The notes beneath the pieces are model-generated. The model was not told the DNA's origin. It did no database searches and saw nothing but the letters and a program-made list of their open reading frames with translations. DNA of 64,000 bases from Epiperipatus broadwayi (lineage: Eukaryota > Animalia > Onychophora), in contig JAQFVV010000003.1 of NCBI GenBank assembly GCA_028023455.1, forward strand, positions 3,968,001-4,032,000, written 5' to 3'. Shown one piece after another: positions 1 through 12,419 of this stretch. Position 1 is the first letter of the stretch; every line of letters begins with the position of its first letter. The position numbers and the translations under genes are program-made.

Positions 1-529
1 CTCTGCTTTGTTCACAACATTCTCTACCACCTTCTGGACTTCCTCATCTACTTCCTTATCATTCCTACTCAGTAATCCCTTTATCTGCTCACACTTCGTC
101 TCTAATGATTTTAATTTTTCTTCTACATCCTTCATCTCTTCCTCTATCTTACTTATTCTTTGGCCAACCATCTCCAATGCACTACCTATTTTTCCATCCA
201 TATCTCTTGTCACTCCACTACAAACACACTATCCTGTCTTCCTCAACTATGTTTTGTTCCATTTCTGCTGACTTCCTACCTTTCTCAACTATATTTTGCT
301 CCATTCCTCCTGACTTTCTCTTTACACTATCTACATTTTGAAACCACTTTTTCACCTCTTTTATCACATTTACACACTGTCTACATAACCATAAACCTGC
401 TACATCTTTCCTAGTCTTATTTAAGCATTTCAAGTGGAAAACCTTATCACATATATTACATTCTACTACAGCACGTCTAATTCCTTTCTGACAATTATAT
501 ATGCATTGTAAAATACAAATGCAATCCAT
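1..529 (-). mobile_element. ORF1 of a non-LTR retrotransposon (PHD finger plus coiled coil), frameshifted, runs off the left edge
   Basis: ORF 218..529 has a C4HC3 PHD pattern (CIYNC...CNIC...HLKC...WLCRQC). After a frameshift near 220 a coiled-coil stretch (SALEMVGQRISKIEEEMKDVEEKLKSLETKCEQIK...) stays open to base 1. PHD-type ORF1s are known in CR1/L2-related LINEs; ORF2 is not visible in the window. Confidence 0.65.
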
Positions 530-1933
530 ATTACTTATTTTCCAAGCTGTTGTTCTATATTTAACTTTATACTTTCTCTCCTACTCTTCAAACCCTTTTG
601 CACAGAAAGATGAAAAATTTTTACTTTCAAAAACGATCGATCAATAGCCACGTGTAACTTAAGCTTCTAAACGTTGCCTTTTACCTCAAAATAAGTAACT
701 GTTCTTAAATTAAAATTAAAAAAAACACAAACTTTAGTAGCAAATGTAAACTAACTAATATTATGTACAACTTAGTTATAGAAATCCTTACATTAACACA
801 CATTCAACAAAAAGATTTTTTTTAAAAAAAAACGGCTACATCTTTAAAATGGCGATTGAAACTTTTTTTTTATATATAATAATTTTGATCTCTCCAAATT
901 AAAAAAAAACTATCTCTCTCGATCACAATTTACTCCTCACTTTCATACCATAATTAGAGTATTTAAATCGATGATTTCAGATGATTAATCGCATAAAAAA
1001 ATAGTCAACTTAGCTTAAATTGAAGTCAGTGAACAGTCCGATTACTGCTGCCACCTATATGTATCTTTACTAACTAATTCATTTTTTCTTATTTCCATGT
1101 TTAAACTTGTATTTATTGTTATAGACAATTTAAATCATAAAATTGAAATTGTTATTTCTAGTCTTTTTTTTTTTTTTTAATATGTGTAAATAGTATAAAA
1201 TGTTTTACTTTGTAAAATAAAAGAAGTGTTTCTTTTAGAAAAGAAAAGTTTTATAAAATAAATATATAAAGTGTGAACATATTTTTTTAGTGAAAATAAG
1301 TAAAAAGTGGCAGTAATTATTTGAAGTTTAAAGAGCAATATTAAAAAATTTTAATTTTCTATGTAATAAAATTAAAATGTATAAATTAAACTTATTGTCT
1401 TTTATTTTTAGATAATTTTGTTAAAGATTTTAAAACAAATTTAAGAAACTATTTCTATGTTAGATTAATTAATATTGTTTTGCTTTATCTAGCAATGAAG
1501 GTAATATTGATATTTACACTTAGCAAAGAAAAAATTTAATTTGCTTAACTATACAACTACATACTGTATTTTTGACATTTAAAATATTCATGTCTTAAAC
1601 AGGTTCTTTAATTTTTACATCCTTTGGGGGAATAAAAGAAAGGCAAGCATTTCTCTTTATATTTCATGGTTTCCTTAATGATTTATAGCAGTGTTCTTCA
1701 ACCCTTGGTCCACGGACCGGGGCCGGTCCGTGCTAAACTGGCAGGAAAGTTTGTAATAACAAAATAATAAGATTTTAAACTTTTAATTAATACAAACAAT
1801 TTTTATTTATTTTTTCATCGCAATTGCTTAAATAAAATTAATTATAAATCAAAATTTTATTTAAATTATCAGATAATACTATAATTACTAAATAATAATC
1901 AAAGGAATTTATCTGAAAATGCAATCTTTAAAA

Positions 1934-2841
1934 CAGTAGTCTTCAACCTTTTCACACCTGCGAACCGGTAAAAGTAAGGATAAGATTTCGCGGACCAGCA
2001 GAAGTTTACAGATAAATTTTTATTGGGGGGGGGGGGGGTTTGAGAAATACATTGTCAACACTGAGACAAAATATAGACACCAAAGTTATTTTTTGTTTGT
2101 GTTTATTTTTAAAAAAAGGTAACAGAAATTGGTTTTAAAAATAAAAGTTTTAGTATTTTAACGGTATACAAATAAAGCCAAAAAAAATATTGCCTTATAG
2201 GCCAAAAAAAAGGCGTATTTTTAAACAAAAAAAAAAGAAAACGAAACTTGAAAAAGTCAAAAGTTTTGATTTTACTATATTTTGGGGTGGTGGTGGTGTA
2301 TTGAGAAATACTTTGCAAAAGTTAGAAACAGAACTTATTTTTTGGTTTTTATTTTTAAAAAAGGGTAATAAAAATTGATTTCCAAAATAAAAAGTTAATG
2401 CCAAAAAAAAAAATAGCCTTATAGCCAAAAAAAAATCACTAAAAATGAAATATTAAAAGAGAGAGTAGAAAAAATTTAAGAGATCAAAAAAAGTCATGTT
2501 ACATTTTATTGTTTTAACAACGCTGACAAGCAGCCGTGATTGGCTATCAAAAGACAACTGGAGTTTGTGTAATAAAAAACTTTCTACCCCCCCTCATAAA
2601 CATCTGTGATAAATAGAAAAATTAATTTATGTATGATTGATTAGATTTTGTGGTATTTTTGTTCTGTTTCTTTTTTTTTAATAAATGTGATGAAAAAATA
2701 AATAAAAATTGTGGCATATTAATTAAAAGTTTAAAATCTTATTATTTTATTATTATAAACTTTCTTCCAGTCTAGCTGCGGACCGACAGACAACTTCTGT
2801 GGCCCGGTACCGGGCCGCGGCCCAGTGGTTGAAGACCACTG
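1934..2841. mobile_element. hAT MITE (908 bp), same family as the outer element, inserted in the opposite orientation
   Basis: TIRs CAGTAGTCTTCAACC and GGTTGAAGACCACTG. Perfect 8-bp TSD CTTTAAAA at 1926-1933 and 2842-2849. Its subterminal sequences match the reverse complement of the outer element's ends. Contains an internal degenerate duplication of about 260 bp (approx. 2026-2440). Confidence 0.93.
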
Positions 2842-3260
2842 CTTTAAAAGACAGCGTCAATCTCATGATAACTGCACCACTCCTTACACATCAATTTCTA
2901 TACCTAATAGGCATTTTTGTATTGCATCAGCTCATTTATTGGTCATATATAGCAAAATTTTATATTGCATTTGTATCATCTTTTTATTTTGTGTGTGACA
3001 TTTTTTGAAATTATAAACTTCACAAACTGGAGACAGATTATTGATGATGATTTCCCTTCATCGAGAACATAAATCTATTATCTTTTTTTTTTTTAGCAAA
3101 ATGACATTTTTATAATGATTTTTTTATTTCTATGTGACACTTTAACAAAACAACTTTTCGTTCTGTTTCTTTTTTTTTAATTGGGTAAAAGTGAGATTAA
3201 AATAACACCAGATTCAAAATTTAAAAAAAAAAAAATTTTTTATTATACAAACTCCATATA

Positions 3261-4441
3261 CACCTGGGTCTCTTTTTATGCGGACTTATTTAACATGATT
3301 TTGAAGTTATGCGATTCGTCTTTTACCGGAAGTCGAAGTCCGATAATGCGCTATTACTTTAAATAATAAATTTTGCGCACTTACGTTATATTGAAAGTAA
3401 TAGCGCATTATTGGAATTCGACTTTCATCTTAGTAATTTCAATATTTTCAGTGCTTTATAATAGTAAGATTTTATGCAATAATGAAATTAAAATCATGAT
3501 TTCCACATTTTATGTATTACACACATTATGTAAATTTGTTCAAACATTGTGCGTGTTAATTTTGCATTTTAAATCACATTCTGTTTTTGCTTTTTAAAAA
3601 AGCGTAATCAATTATTAATCATTTAGGGTCCACAAGTTTATTTTTAAAAGGTCAGTAATAGCATTGGGCACAATTAAAAATTAAAATCTGATTTTTAATT
3701 GTAATTAACAATTTAAAAATTACTTACGGGCGACTTGAAATTAAGGTGATGTAAAACGAAATTTGGTTTTTAAATAGAATTGAAAATTAAAGACAAAAAT
3801 AAGAATTTAATTTTTAGTTGTTAGTTTTAATTAAATTTTTCCCAGCAGTGGTGAATAAATGTCTTTTTATTATCATAAGTCTAAGTTCATAAACATTTAA
3901 TAAAATCATCATCGTCGTCAACAAAAAACCATTAACACAGCATGAGAGTGAACTTGGCGCTAGTTGTATTTTCTCTTGTGAGAATAATTGCTGAGATATT
4001 CTTGACTTTGTTTAAGGAGAAGCCAAATACATCACATCACATGAGAATTGATTTTTTACTAGTTTGCAAATGAACATCTTTTTGGGCAAATAGCGATAAT
4101 AATTAAAACGTGTATAAAAAAAATTTAAATTACTGTACTGTAAATTATGCATAAAAATATATTATTTTGAATAAAATTAAATATTATAGTTAAAAAAAGT
4201 TTGTCTTGTATCAATTTTTTTCAAATTTGAAATTTTTTATTAGTCATATTTTATTTCTTTATATTTTTTTTTGTGTGAATTTTAAGGTAATTTTACGTTG
4301 GTGCTTTGCTTTTACGCGAATTTTGAAAAATCACAGATTGCATCCCCCCTTTTTCAATGTAAGTTATGTCTATTTTTGCGTGATTTTGTTTGCGAGTGTT
4401 TTCTGAGGAACCTATCTATTGCGTAAAACGAGACCCAGGTG
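3261..4441. mobile_element. Tc1/mariner-superfamily (pogo/Tigger-like) MITE nested in the outer hAT
   Basis: TIRs CACCTGGGTCTCTTTTTATGC (3261) and GCGTAAAACGAGACCCAGGTG (ends 4441), flanked by TA at 3259-3260 and 4442-4443. No transposase ORF. Confidence 0.85.
3330..3424. repeat. Inverted repeat/hairpin, arms of about 36 bp
   Basis: AAGTCGAAGTCCGATAATGCGCTATTACTTTAAATA versus TATTGAAAGTAATAGCGCATTATTGGAATTCGACTT: 3 mismatches, loop of about 23 nt. Confidence 0.85.
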
Positions 4442-5823
4442 TATATATAACTTTATCTTGTATATTTAACATTAAATACAGATATTACATTTATCATAAT
4501 CATTGTCATTTCCCAACATTCAGGTGGTTTATTTTTGCATGTTTTAACAATGAAATAAATATAGCAATTCAGGCACATTAATGAGAACGTACTGTTTTCT
4601 GTAGCAGTATGACTGCGCAACTCGAGTGTTTAGCATGTGAAGATAAGCAACACCATTACAATACATAACCAATGTGTTGTTTTGGTCAGTTATAACAATT
4701 GTGCTCATCTAAGGCTAAACAGTTTAAACCTTTAAGAAAATTTATCTGTAGACTTCTGCCAGTCCACGAAATCTTATCATTTTGCCGGTCTGCAAAATGT
4801 TATCCTTATTTTTGCCCATCTACAGATGTAAAAAGGTTGAAGACCACTGATTTATAGCACTAAATAAAAACCACATTTCTTTTGACATCCAAATTTTTTG
4901 TCATAAAATTTTTGTTCTTTTTATAAATATATATTTAAAGTTCGAATTTTTGGCTTTTCAATCGATATTCTATTACTAATTTCATTAGAATTATTTTACT
5001 TGATGTGAAATATTTATTGATGTTACTATATATATATACTTTCTTATTTGTAAAATATTAAAAAAAAAAACATTCTTGTATAAAATAATTATGATACATA
5101 ATAAGTCACTAGTAATATATATATGATCCATAGGAAAGTATAATGTCATTTGGAAAGCTGTATTACATCAATTATTATTAAGTTCAGTATCATTGACATA
5201 GATTCCTGGCAATCATATAAATAGCATTTCTTCAGAATGATTTAATATTGTTTGATTTTTTTGGGTTGTAAAATTATTCATTCATTACAATGTTGGAATC
5301 TCCATTTCTTATCTTTCACTACGACTTTCAATAATTATACACTTTTCTAATGAATTAAGTTAATTCATAATATGAATAAAATACGATAATTTTAATCTGA
5401 TCATTTAAGATTTCAAGCTAGTTAGGTATTCTTTTGATCGAGTATTCATTTCTTTGTTTTCATTATTCTTGGAATTCTTCAGCAGCACTAAGGTTCAAAA
5501 TTATCAATACTTTTTTTTCATGTTCAACTTTTATATTCATAATGAGCCACAAGACTATATCTTTAACATCATATTGTCATTGTATTTGTAAACTAACCAA
5601 AATCATTAACCTTCCAGCTAAATAACCATTTATTAAGCAAAAATTAAATGACTGGCAAGATTGACTATGGTTCAACTTCCAAAAAAAAAAATCACACAAA
5701 TTCAAACTTCAATTTATGGACATAAAAGATCGATGTGCTTAATACTACATATCAGGGACCTTATCTATTTGTTAATGTGGGTCTAGATTTGATTACAAAA
5801 GGACTTTATCAAACAAAATATAT

Positions 5824-7193
5824 TGTAACGTTTTTTGTTTTGCTAGGCCTTTACACGCTAATATAAACTGCGCGTGAGTTGATCAAGCTATGTCAAAAAA
5901 GAAGAAAGTTGTATTTCTTTTCTAAAAACACAGCTATTTTTCCTGATCAACTTCAGCCTATTAATTGTTATGAATTGTGCTATTGACAAAATCAACTTTT
6001 AATTTTATTTACTATGGGCGCCAGAATTCCTAAGAATCCACTGAAATATGTCGCCAGCACCTCTCGCAAGTTGTAAAACAAAAAAAAATAAAAAGATTTT
6101 TATTATATTTTTTTTTTAAGGGGCGGTAATTCTACCGTAATGAGAATTAATGATTTTTACGATTATTAGTCCTGGGCGTATTGAAACATATTGGCAAAGG
6201 TAACTTACGTTTAAATCTTATTACACTAAAAATAAATTTAATAATAAAAAATAATAACTATTATTAATAACGCACAAATGAGAATTGATATTAGAAATAT
6301 TTTTAATTTTGACAAACTAAAATACTTCATGTTAAGTAGCTAATTAATACCTTGGAGAGAACACATTTAATTCAGGTGGGAAATATCCAGAAAATATAAA
6401 TATCAGTTAAAATAAACAAAAAGTTCTTGGTTAAATAAGAGTCTCTCATATAGAAAAATTAAAGTCACTATCGGGATTCTTTTATACGTATATTTTTACG
6501 AGTAGTTTTAAATAGTTAACTTTGTCACAATCAGGATAATTATTCTTACCGGTAAGTTTCATGAATTCAGTAGTAGATAACTATGCATAGTTTTTTGGTT
6601 ATAATGAGCTCGGCCTTTTGGTTATTGCTTGATCTTGTGGTCCATTTCCCCAGTCGGTCATGAAGGCTTTTCCTGGTGTACATCATTAGGTCCGATGTCT
6701 TCAGAAGCTCCGGTTCACTGCGACATGCCGAATTCCTTCAGCGAAGAGCGATCTTGGATATATTAATGTTATCCAAGACCAACTAGAGAAACAAAACGAA
6801 CAAGACGTTCCTTCAACCGGATCCCTCCTTTTTATATCCAGTTTTCAGGACTTCTGCGCATGCTAGTACCATGCCTTTTTAATCTTATCCAGTCTTTATA
6901 AATTTTATGTTACAAAGTCTCTATTTTTTTCAGCATAATTCTGCCATCTTTAATTAGTTGAAATATTTTTACTTTCTCTTATCTAGATTGGTAATTTGTG
7001 TCTTTTGTTCTCTCCAATTCTAACTTTTATTTCTAATTACATAAAATAAAAAAAAACGAAAGAATAATTTAACTTTCATTGTACGTTATTTTTTTAAAAA
7101 AAAAATTAGTCAAAAAAAAATCTAAATTTACTTTTATTTTTTAGCTTCTACCAAATGCCAATATATTTGCAACGTATATAAATAAACGTTACA
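5824..7193 (-). repeat. 3' LTR (1370 bp)
   Basis: TGTAACG...CGTTACA termini; about 99% identical to 7948-9318 by eye. Confidence 0.92.
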
Positions 7194-7937
7194 ATACCAC
7201 CAGTTCCAGGAGATGAGAATAAAATAGGGATTTACACTAATTTTATTCTAAAGTTTTTTAAATTCATATTCGTGTTGTTGTTTTTTTTTTTGTAGTAGCG
7301 TGCTGATATATTCCGTAGACTCATTCAACAAGCGACGTTCGGCTTTAACGCCCACTTTTAGGTCTAACACGGCGGGAATGGAAAATATTTCAACATTCAT
7401 CTGTGTCCTATCCGCTTTAGTGTAATATTAACGATAAGAAGCCCAAGTTATAAGCACAAAAGAGCATTGCTCATCATTCTGAGTCTTACAGGCTCGTGGC
7501 AACTTGGTCCAACTTGATCCGCCTTCCCCTTTATTGGGATCTCTGCTAGAAATAGTCTGACGAGCATTTAAAGACGGTCTTATGTTCATATACTGCGGAT
7601 AAGGACTCAGGGCTATGTTATTCCCCTCTTCAGTAACCGCCTACCCGGTCAAATGCTTGTGACTTACGTCTACATCAGCCACGATCGTGTTTTTAGACAT
7701 ATATAAAAAAAATATACATATATATTTTTTCTTTCTGGAAGTCATATTAAAAAAATATCTTGTTTCATATTTTAATAATCAAGGTTTAATTAGTTAGTTT
7801 TTTTTTTATAATTTTTTTTTTTTTTCAAAAAAATCATAATTTATTTTCTGGCTGTGAGTTTCTTTGAGTCATCATTGTAATGTTCTTTATCATTACAACT
7901 CATCTCAGGTTGTAGTTGTTAAATCAAAGCCCGAGTT

Positions 7938-7946
7938 GGGTCACCA
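7938..7946 (-). promoter_or_regulatory. Primer-binding site, tRNA-Trp-like
   Basis: Minus strand reads TGGTGACCC, 1 nt after the 5' LTR. This is complementary to the ...GGGTCACCA 3' end of eukaryotic tRNA-Trp; only 9 nt match. Confidence 0.6.
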
Positions 7947-7947
7947 T

Positions 7948-9318
7948 TATAACGTTTTTCGTTTTGCTAGGCCTTTACACGCTAATATAAACTGCGCGTG
8001 AGTTGATCAAGCTATGTCAAAAAAGAAGAAAGTTGTATTTCTTTTCTAAAAACACAGCTATTTTTCCTGATCAACTTCAGCCTATTAATTGTTACGAATT
8101 GTGCTATTGACAAAATCAACTTTTAATTTTATTTACTATGGGCGCCAGAATTCCTAAGAATCCGCTGAAATATGTCGCCAGCACCTCTCGCAAGTTGTAA
8201 AACAAAAAAAAATAAAAAGATTTTTATTATTTTTTTTTTTTAAGGGGCGGTAATTCTACCGTAATGAGAATTAATGATTTTTACGATTATTAGTCCTGGG
8301 CATATTGAAACATATTGGCAAAGGTAACTTACGTTTAAATCTTATTACACTAAAAATAAATTTAATAATAAAAAATAATAACTATTATTAATAACGCACA
8401 AATGAGAATTGATATTAGAAATATTTTTAATTTTGACAAACTAAAATACTTCATGTTAAGTAGCTAATTAATACCTTGGAGAGAACACATTTAATTCAGG
8501 TGGGAAATATCCAGAAAATATAAATATCAGTTAAAATAAACAAAAAGTTCTTGGTTAAATAAGAGTCTCTCATATAGAAAAATTAAAGTCACTATCGGGA
8601 TTCTTTTATACGTATATTTTTACGAGTAGTTTTAAATAGTTAACTTTGTCACAATCAGGATAATTATTCTTACCGGTAAGTTTCATGAATTCAGTAGTAG
8701 ATAACTATGCATAGTTTTTTGGTTATAATGAGCTCGGCCTTTTGGTTATTGCTTGATCTTGTGGTCCATTTCCCCAGTTGGTCATGAAGGCTTTTCCTGG
8801 TGTACATCATTAGGTCCGATGTCTTCAGAAGCTCCGGTTCACTGCGACATGCCGAATTCCTTCAGCGAAGAGCGATCTTGGATATATTAATGTTATCCAA
8901 GACCAACTAGAGAAACAAAACGAACAAGACGTTCCTTCAACTGGATCCCTTCTTTTTATATCCAGTTTTCAGGACTTCTGCGCATGCTAGTACCATGCCT
9001 TTTTAATCTTATCCAGTCTTTATAAATTTTATGTTACAAAGTCTCTATTTTTTTCAGCATAATTCTGCCATCTTTAATTAGTTGAAATATTTTTACTTTC
9101 TCTTATCTAGATTGGTAATTTGTGTCTTTTGTTCTCTCCAATTCTAACTTTTATTTCTAATTACATAAAATAAAAAAAAAACGAAAGAATAATTTAACTT
9201 TCATTGTACGTTATTTTTTTAAAAAAAAAATTAGTCAAAAAAAAATCTAAATTTACTTTTATTTTTTAGCTTCTACCAAATGCCAATATATTTGCAACGT
9301 ATATAAATAAACGTTACA
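7948..9318 (-). repeat. 5' LTR (1371 bp)
   Basis: Copy of 5824-7193 with the left terminus mutated from TGT to TAT; directly followed on the minus strand by the PBS. Confidence 0.92.
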
Positions 9319-12270
9319 ATATATATTGATTTTTTTAATCAAAATTTTTTTAGTCTGGCCTTGTGAAAATGGCTTGATATTAGTTTTTCATTGTCATATT
9401 TGTATTTGAATTTTTTTTATTTTTGTTTCTTCTAATAATATTCCTTTAATGTCTCTAGCTTGAAGTTTTTTATTGTATCAGTTCTATTTTTTTTTTCTTG
9501 GAGACATATGAAATGTAAAATATGGTCCAAAGTTATTGGAAGTAATGATTATTGGCAATGGAAAATTTTTATTTACAGATGTTTCATAATACTGATCTTA
9601 AGACTAATCAGTATGTGCTTCAGTTTGTTGGATGTTAATAGTATTTAATCTACAACTAAGCTACACAAGTATATCTTGAGAGTATTGAGCCTTTGAAGCA
9701 AATGAAAAATAATATATTTCTCAAAGAAATATTTTGTGGCAAATAAATGTTTCATAGAAAAAACAGATGCTATTTACATTATAAAGATTGTCTTAAAGAA
9801 ATACAATATTGTAAAGTTAGAATACAACGGAGAGCTATAATTAGATAAGTTGTTAAAATATTTTAGGAAAAAAATAAAGCTACAGAATAAATTAAAAGAC
9901 AGCATTATAGGTCATTCACAAATAACTCAAGTGGGAACAATAAGTCAAACTCCCTATGAATTTTAAACATAAACTACTTACTGAACTTTATATGTATACA
10001 TGCACATCATGTTAGACACTTATCTTGACTTCTACTAATTTTGTAATACTTTGTTTAAAAGATTTTTGAATAGCTTCTGAGGTATATTTTGGTTAATTAA
10101 ATTCTAACTTTAAAATCTATTTTTTTGTAGAATTTTTTCTGTAGAAGAAAGATTGGTTCAACTTGAACTAAATTTTGATTATTAAAATCGTCTCCATTAT
10201 TTAAAACTTTTTAGGAAGAACAAAACTGATTTTCTTTTATATCTTGAATATTTGAAGATGTAAACTATTATACCCAACTAAATTTTAAACAAACCTTGTC
10301 AAAGATAATAGAAATTTTCGATAACATCTATACTTTTAAAAGGAAATATTCAAAGCATACTACAATATTACTTACACGAATAAATTAGATATAAAATATA
10401 AGTATTAAAACTAATAAAATAAATAAAGACAATTATATAAATTGGATTATAAATGTATCTGATAATTCAATACTACTGGCTACCATTTTAAAAGTTTATT
10501 AAGTTCATAAAGTAAATAAATTTGTCACTTTAAGTCCACTATACAGCCAAGAAGAGATTGTTTCTGAACAAAAGTAAAACTACCTTTACATAAGTATGTA
10601 TTCTTATAGACATGATAGAGCTTTGTGGTAGTTCACTAATGAAATCTTTCCCATTGATGATTTTCTAATATTGGTCACTATCGAGTTTTGTTTCTAGGCA
10701 AAATTTGTTTACTATTGCTTGTGAAGTGCATCTGTATTTTTTTGCAATTTAATATATGTAAAGCTAGTTGGCACTGATGGATCTAATTCAGCAAGCAGGA
10801 CTTGATATCCTGATAGTTATGAGCTCCATGACAAGAATGAATTTTTTTGGTGGCTTCTTAGTGGCACATGCTTATTAATTCAATTTCTGGTAGATATTCC
10901 TTGCATTTCATATTAGCAGCATTCAGTTGTGTTGGATGATGAGCAGAGACAGGAACAAAAAAACCAAAGACAAAATTCTTTTCTAAGTCAGCCTATTTAT
11001 ATCATTACAAAGTTTTGCAAAACATTTTTTTAATTAAACAAGCCAGTAATTATTTTAAGTCATCCACATTTACCAAATTCTTTATGTAAGTAAACAGCAT
11101 GTTTATTGGTAACAACTAGTCATCTTAATCCTCATAAACATGTTTAATTGACGTTTTAAAAAATAAAGCTTAAAGAAATCAGTTTACCAAGAATTTCAAT
11201 TAATAAGTTATTTGAGCAAAAATTTCTTATTTAATATTTAATTAAGTTTAGTTTCTATAACATAACTTTAAAATATATATATCACACTGAAATAAATTAG
11301 TTTCTTTATCTTTTAAACTAAACTTAAAATTGACTCAATTATATTTTAAGCAGAGACATTTTAGATGTGTGGGTGTGTCTATAATAAAAATCTAAATTTG
11401 ATAGAAAAATATAAATTTAATTTCTGAAATCTGAATTACAATTGGCAACTATTTTTATTTTTAAATATAAAGTGATATAGATGAAGATCTATCTCAATAC
11501 TAATCTGTACTATTACTAACAATTGAATATATTTGAATTTTTAAAAAAGAAACATTTCACCATTAATATTATTATGATGAAAATAATGCAACATCTAATT
11601 ATAGGCAAAGGACCAATTTATGGTATATGTAAATGTATTTGTGTTTCAAAATTGGTTTGTATAGTCATCACAAAAATTACCTTTAATTTTTTGTTTGTGT
11701 CTTTTCTTTTCTGGTATTATAATGACCATACTCATGTAATTGTTTAGCAATGAATGATGTAAAATTGAGGATTATAAGAATTTATGCAAGTCATGTGTCA
11801 TTCCAAAAATGAACAAAATCTTTTACCTTAAGAATAAAAACATGTTAGTAATCTTGACTACAGTAAATTTTTAAATATATAAATCATGATTTATATATTT
11901 AAATATAGCAATCACTAGCTCTAGAAGATAAAATGAAATTAAAGATGAAATTTACAATGACTATTTAAACCCATCCATGAAATGCAAATGTGTATACAGT
12001 ATATGTTATTATTTTAATTACTTTGAAAGTTTGCTTGAGTGTATTCTATTCTCAGCCATAATCTCTTAATGCAAGCATCTCATAAAAAGAAAAGATAAAT
12101 GGATATTTTAAAATAAGTATAAGAATGTGCAAATATTTTACAAAAAATACAAACTTTGATTTGCTCTAATATTTTTTATTCATATTTTTCAAGATGTTTC
12201 AGTCATTTTAAATAGTTATTTTTATTGTTAAAACCCTTTAAAAATAATTTATTTAAAAAAATATGACTAT

Positions 12271-12345
12271 GTCCCATGTGGTTTAGTGCAGTGACAGAGG
12301 ATCAGAATTGTGGAGTGTAAGGTCCTCAGATCGATTCCATTTCCA
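12271..12345 (+). mobile_element. Decayed tRNA-derived SINE head
   Basis: A-box-like TGGTTTAGTG (12279) and B-box-like GGTCCTCAGATCGATTCC (12321-12338). No intact cloverleaf. Confidence 0.4.
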
Positions 12346-12419
12346 TCACTTGAACTTCTTATGAAGTCCAAAGCAATAAAGCTTTTTTAAAAAATATGTG
12401 TATAATTAATTTTATGTAT

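Larger units (their letters stand above)
1689..4849. mobile_element. Non-autonomous hAT (Charlie-like) element, outer member of a nest
   Basis: TIRs CAGTGTTCTTCAACC (1689) and GGTTGAAGACCACTG (ends 4849). Perfect 8-bp TSD ATTTATAG at 1681-1688 and 4850-4857. Confidence 0.92.
5824..9318 (-). mobile_element. Non-autonomous LTR retrotransposon (Gypsy-like ends; TRIM/LARD-type or internal-deletion derivative)
   Basis: Two direct repeats of about 1.37 kb (5824-7193, 7948-9318) with TGTAACG...CGTTACA termini. 4-bp TSD ATAT (5820-5823, 9319-9322). PBS next to the right LTR on the minus strand. 754-bp internal region with no long ORF. Confidence 0.9.

Noticed and set aside
8-414. Three plus-strand ORFs at the window start
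   Set aside because: Antisense to the purine-rich LINE ORF1; low-complexity products.
7551-7600. CUGACGA in the LTR element's internal region
   Set aside because: No stem II followed by GAAA; not a hammerhead.
10550-10960. Possible decayed transposase (PVSAHHPTQLNAAN)
   Set aside because: Only a vague resemblance to a hAT CxxH motif; no second supporting motif.
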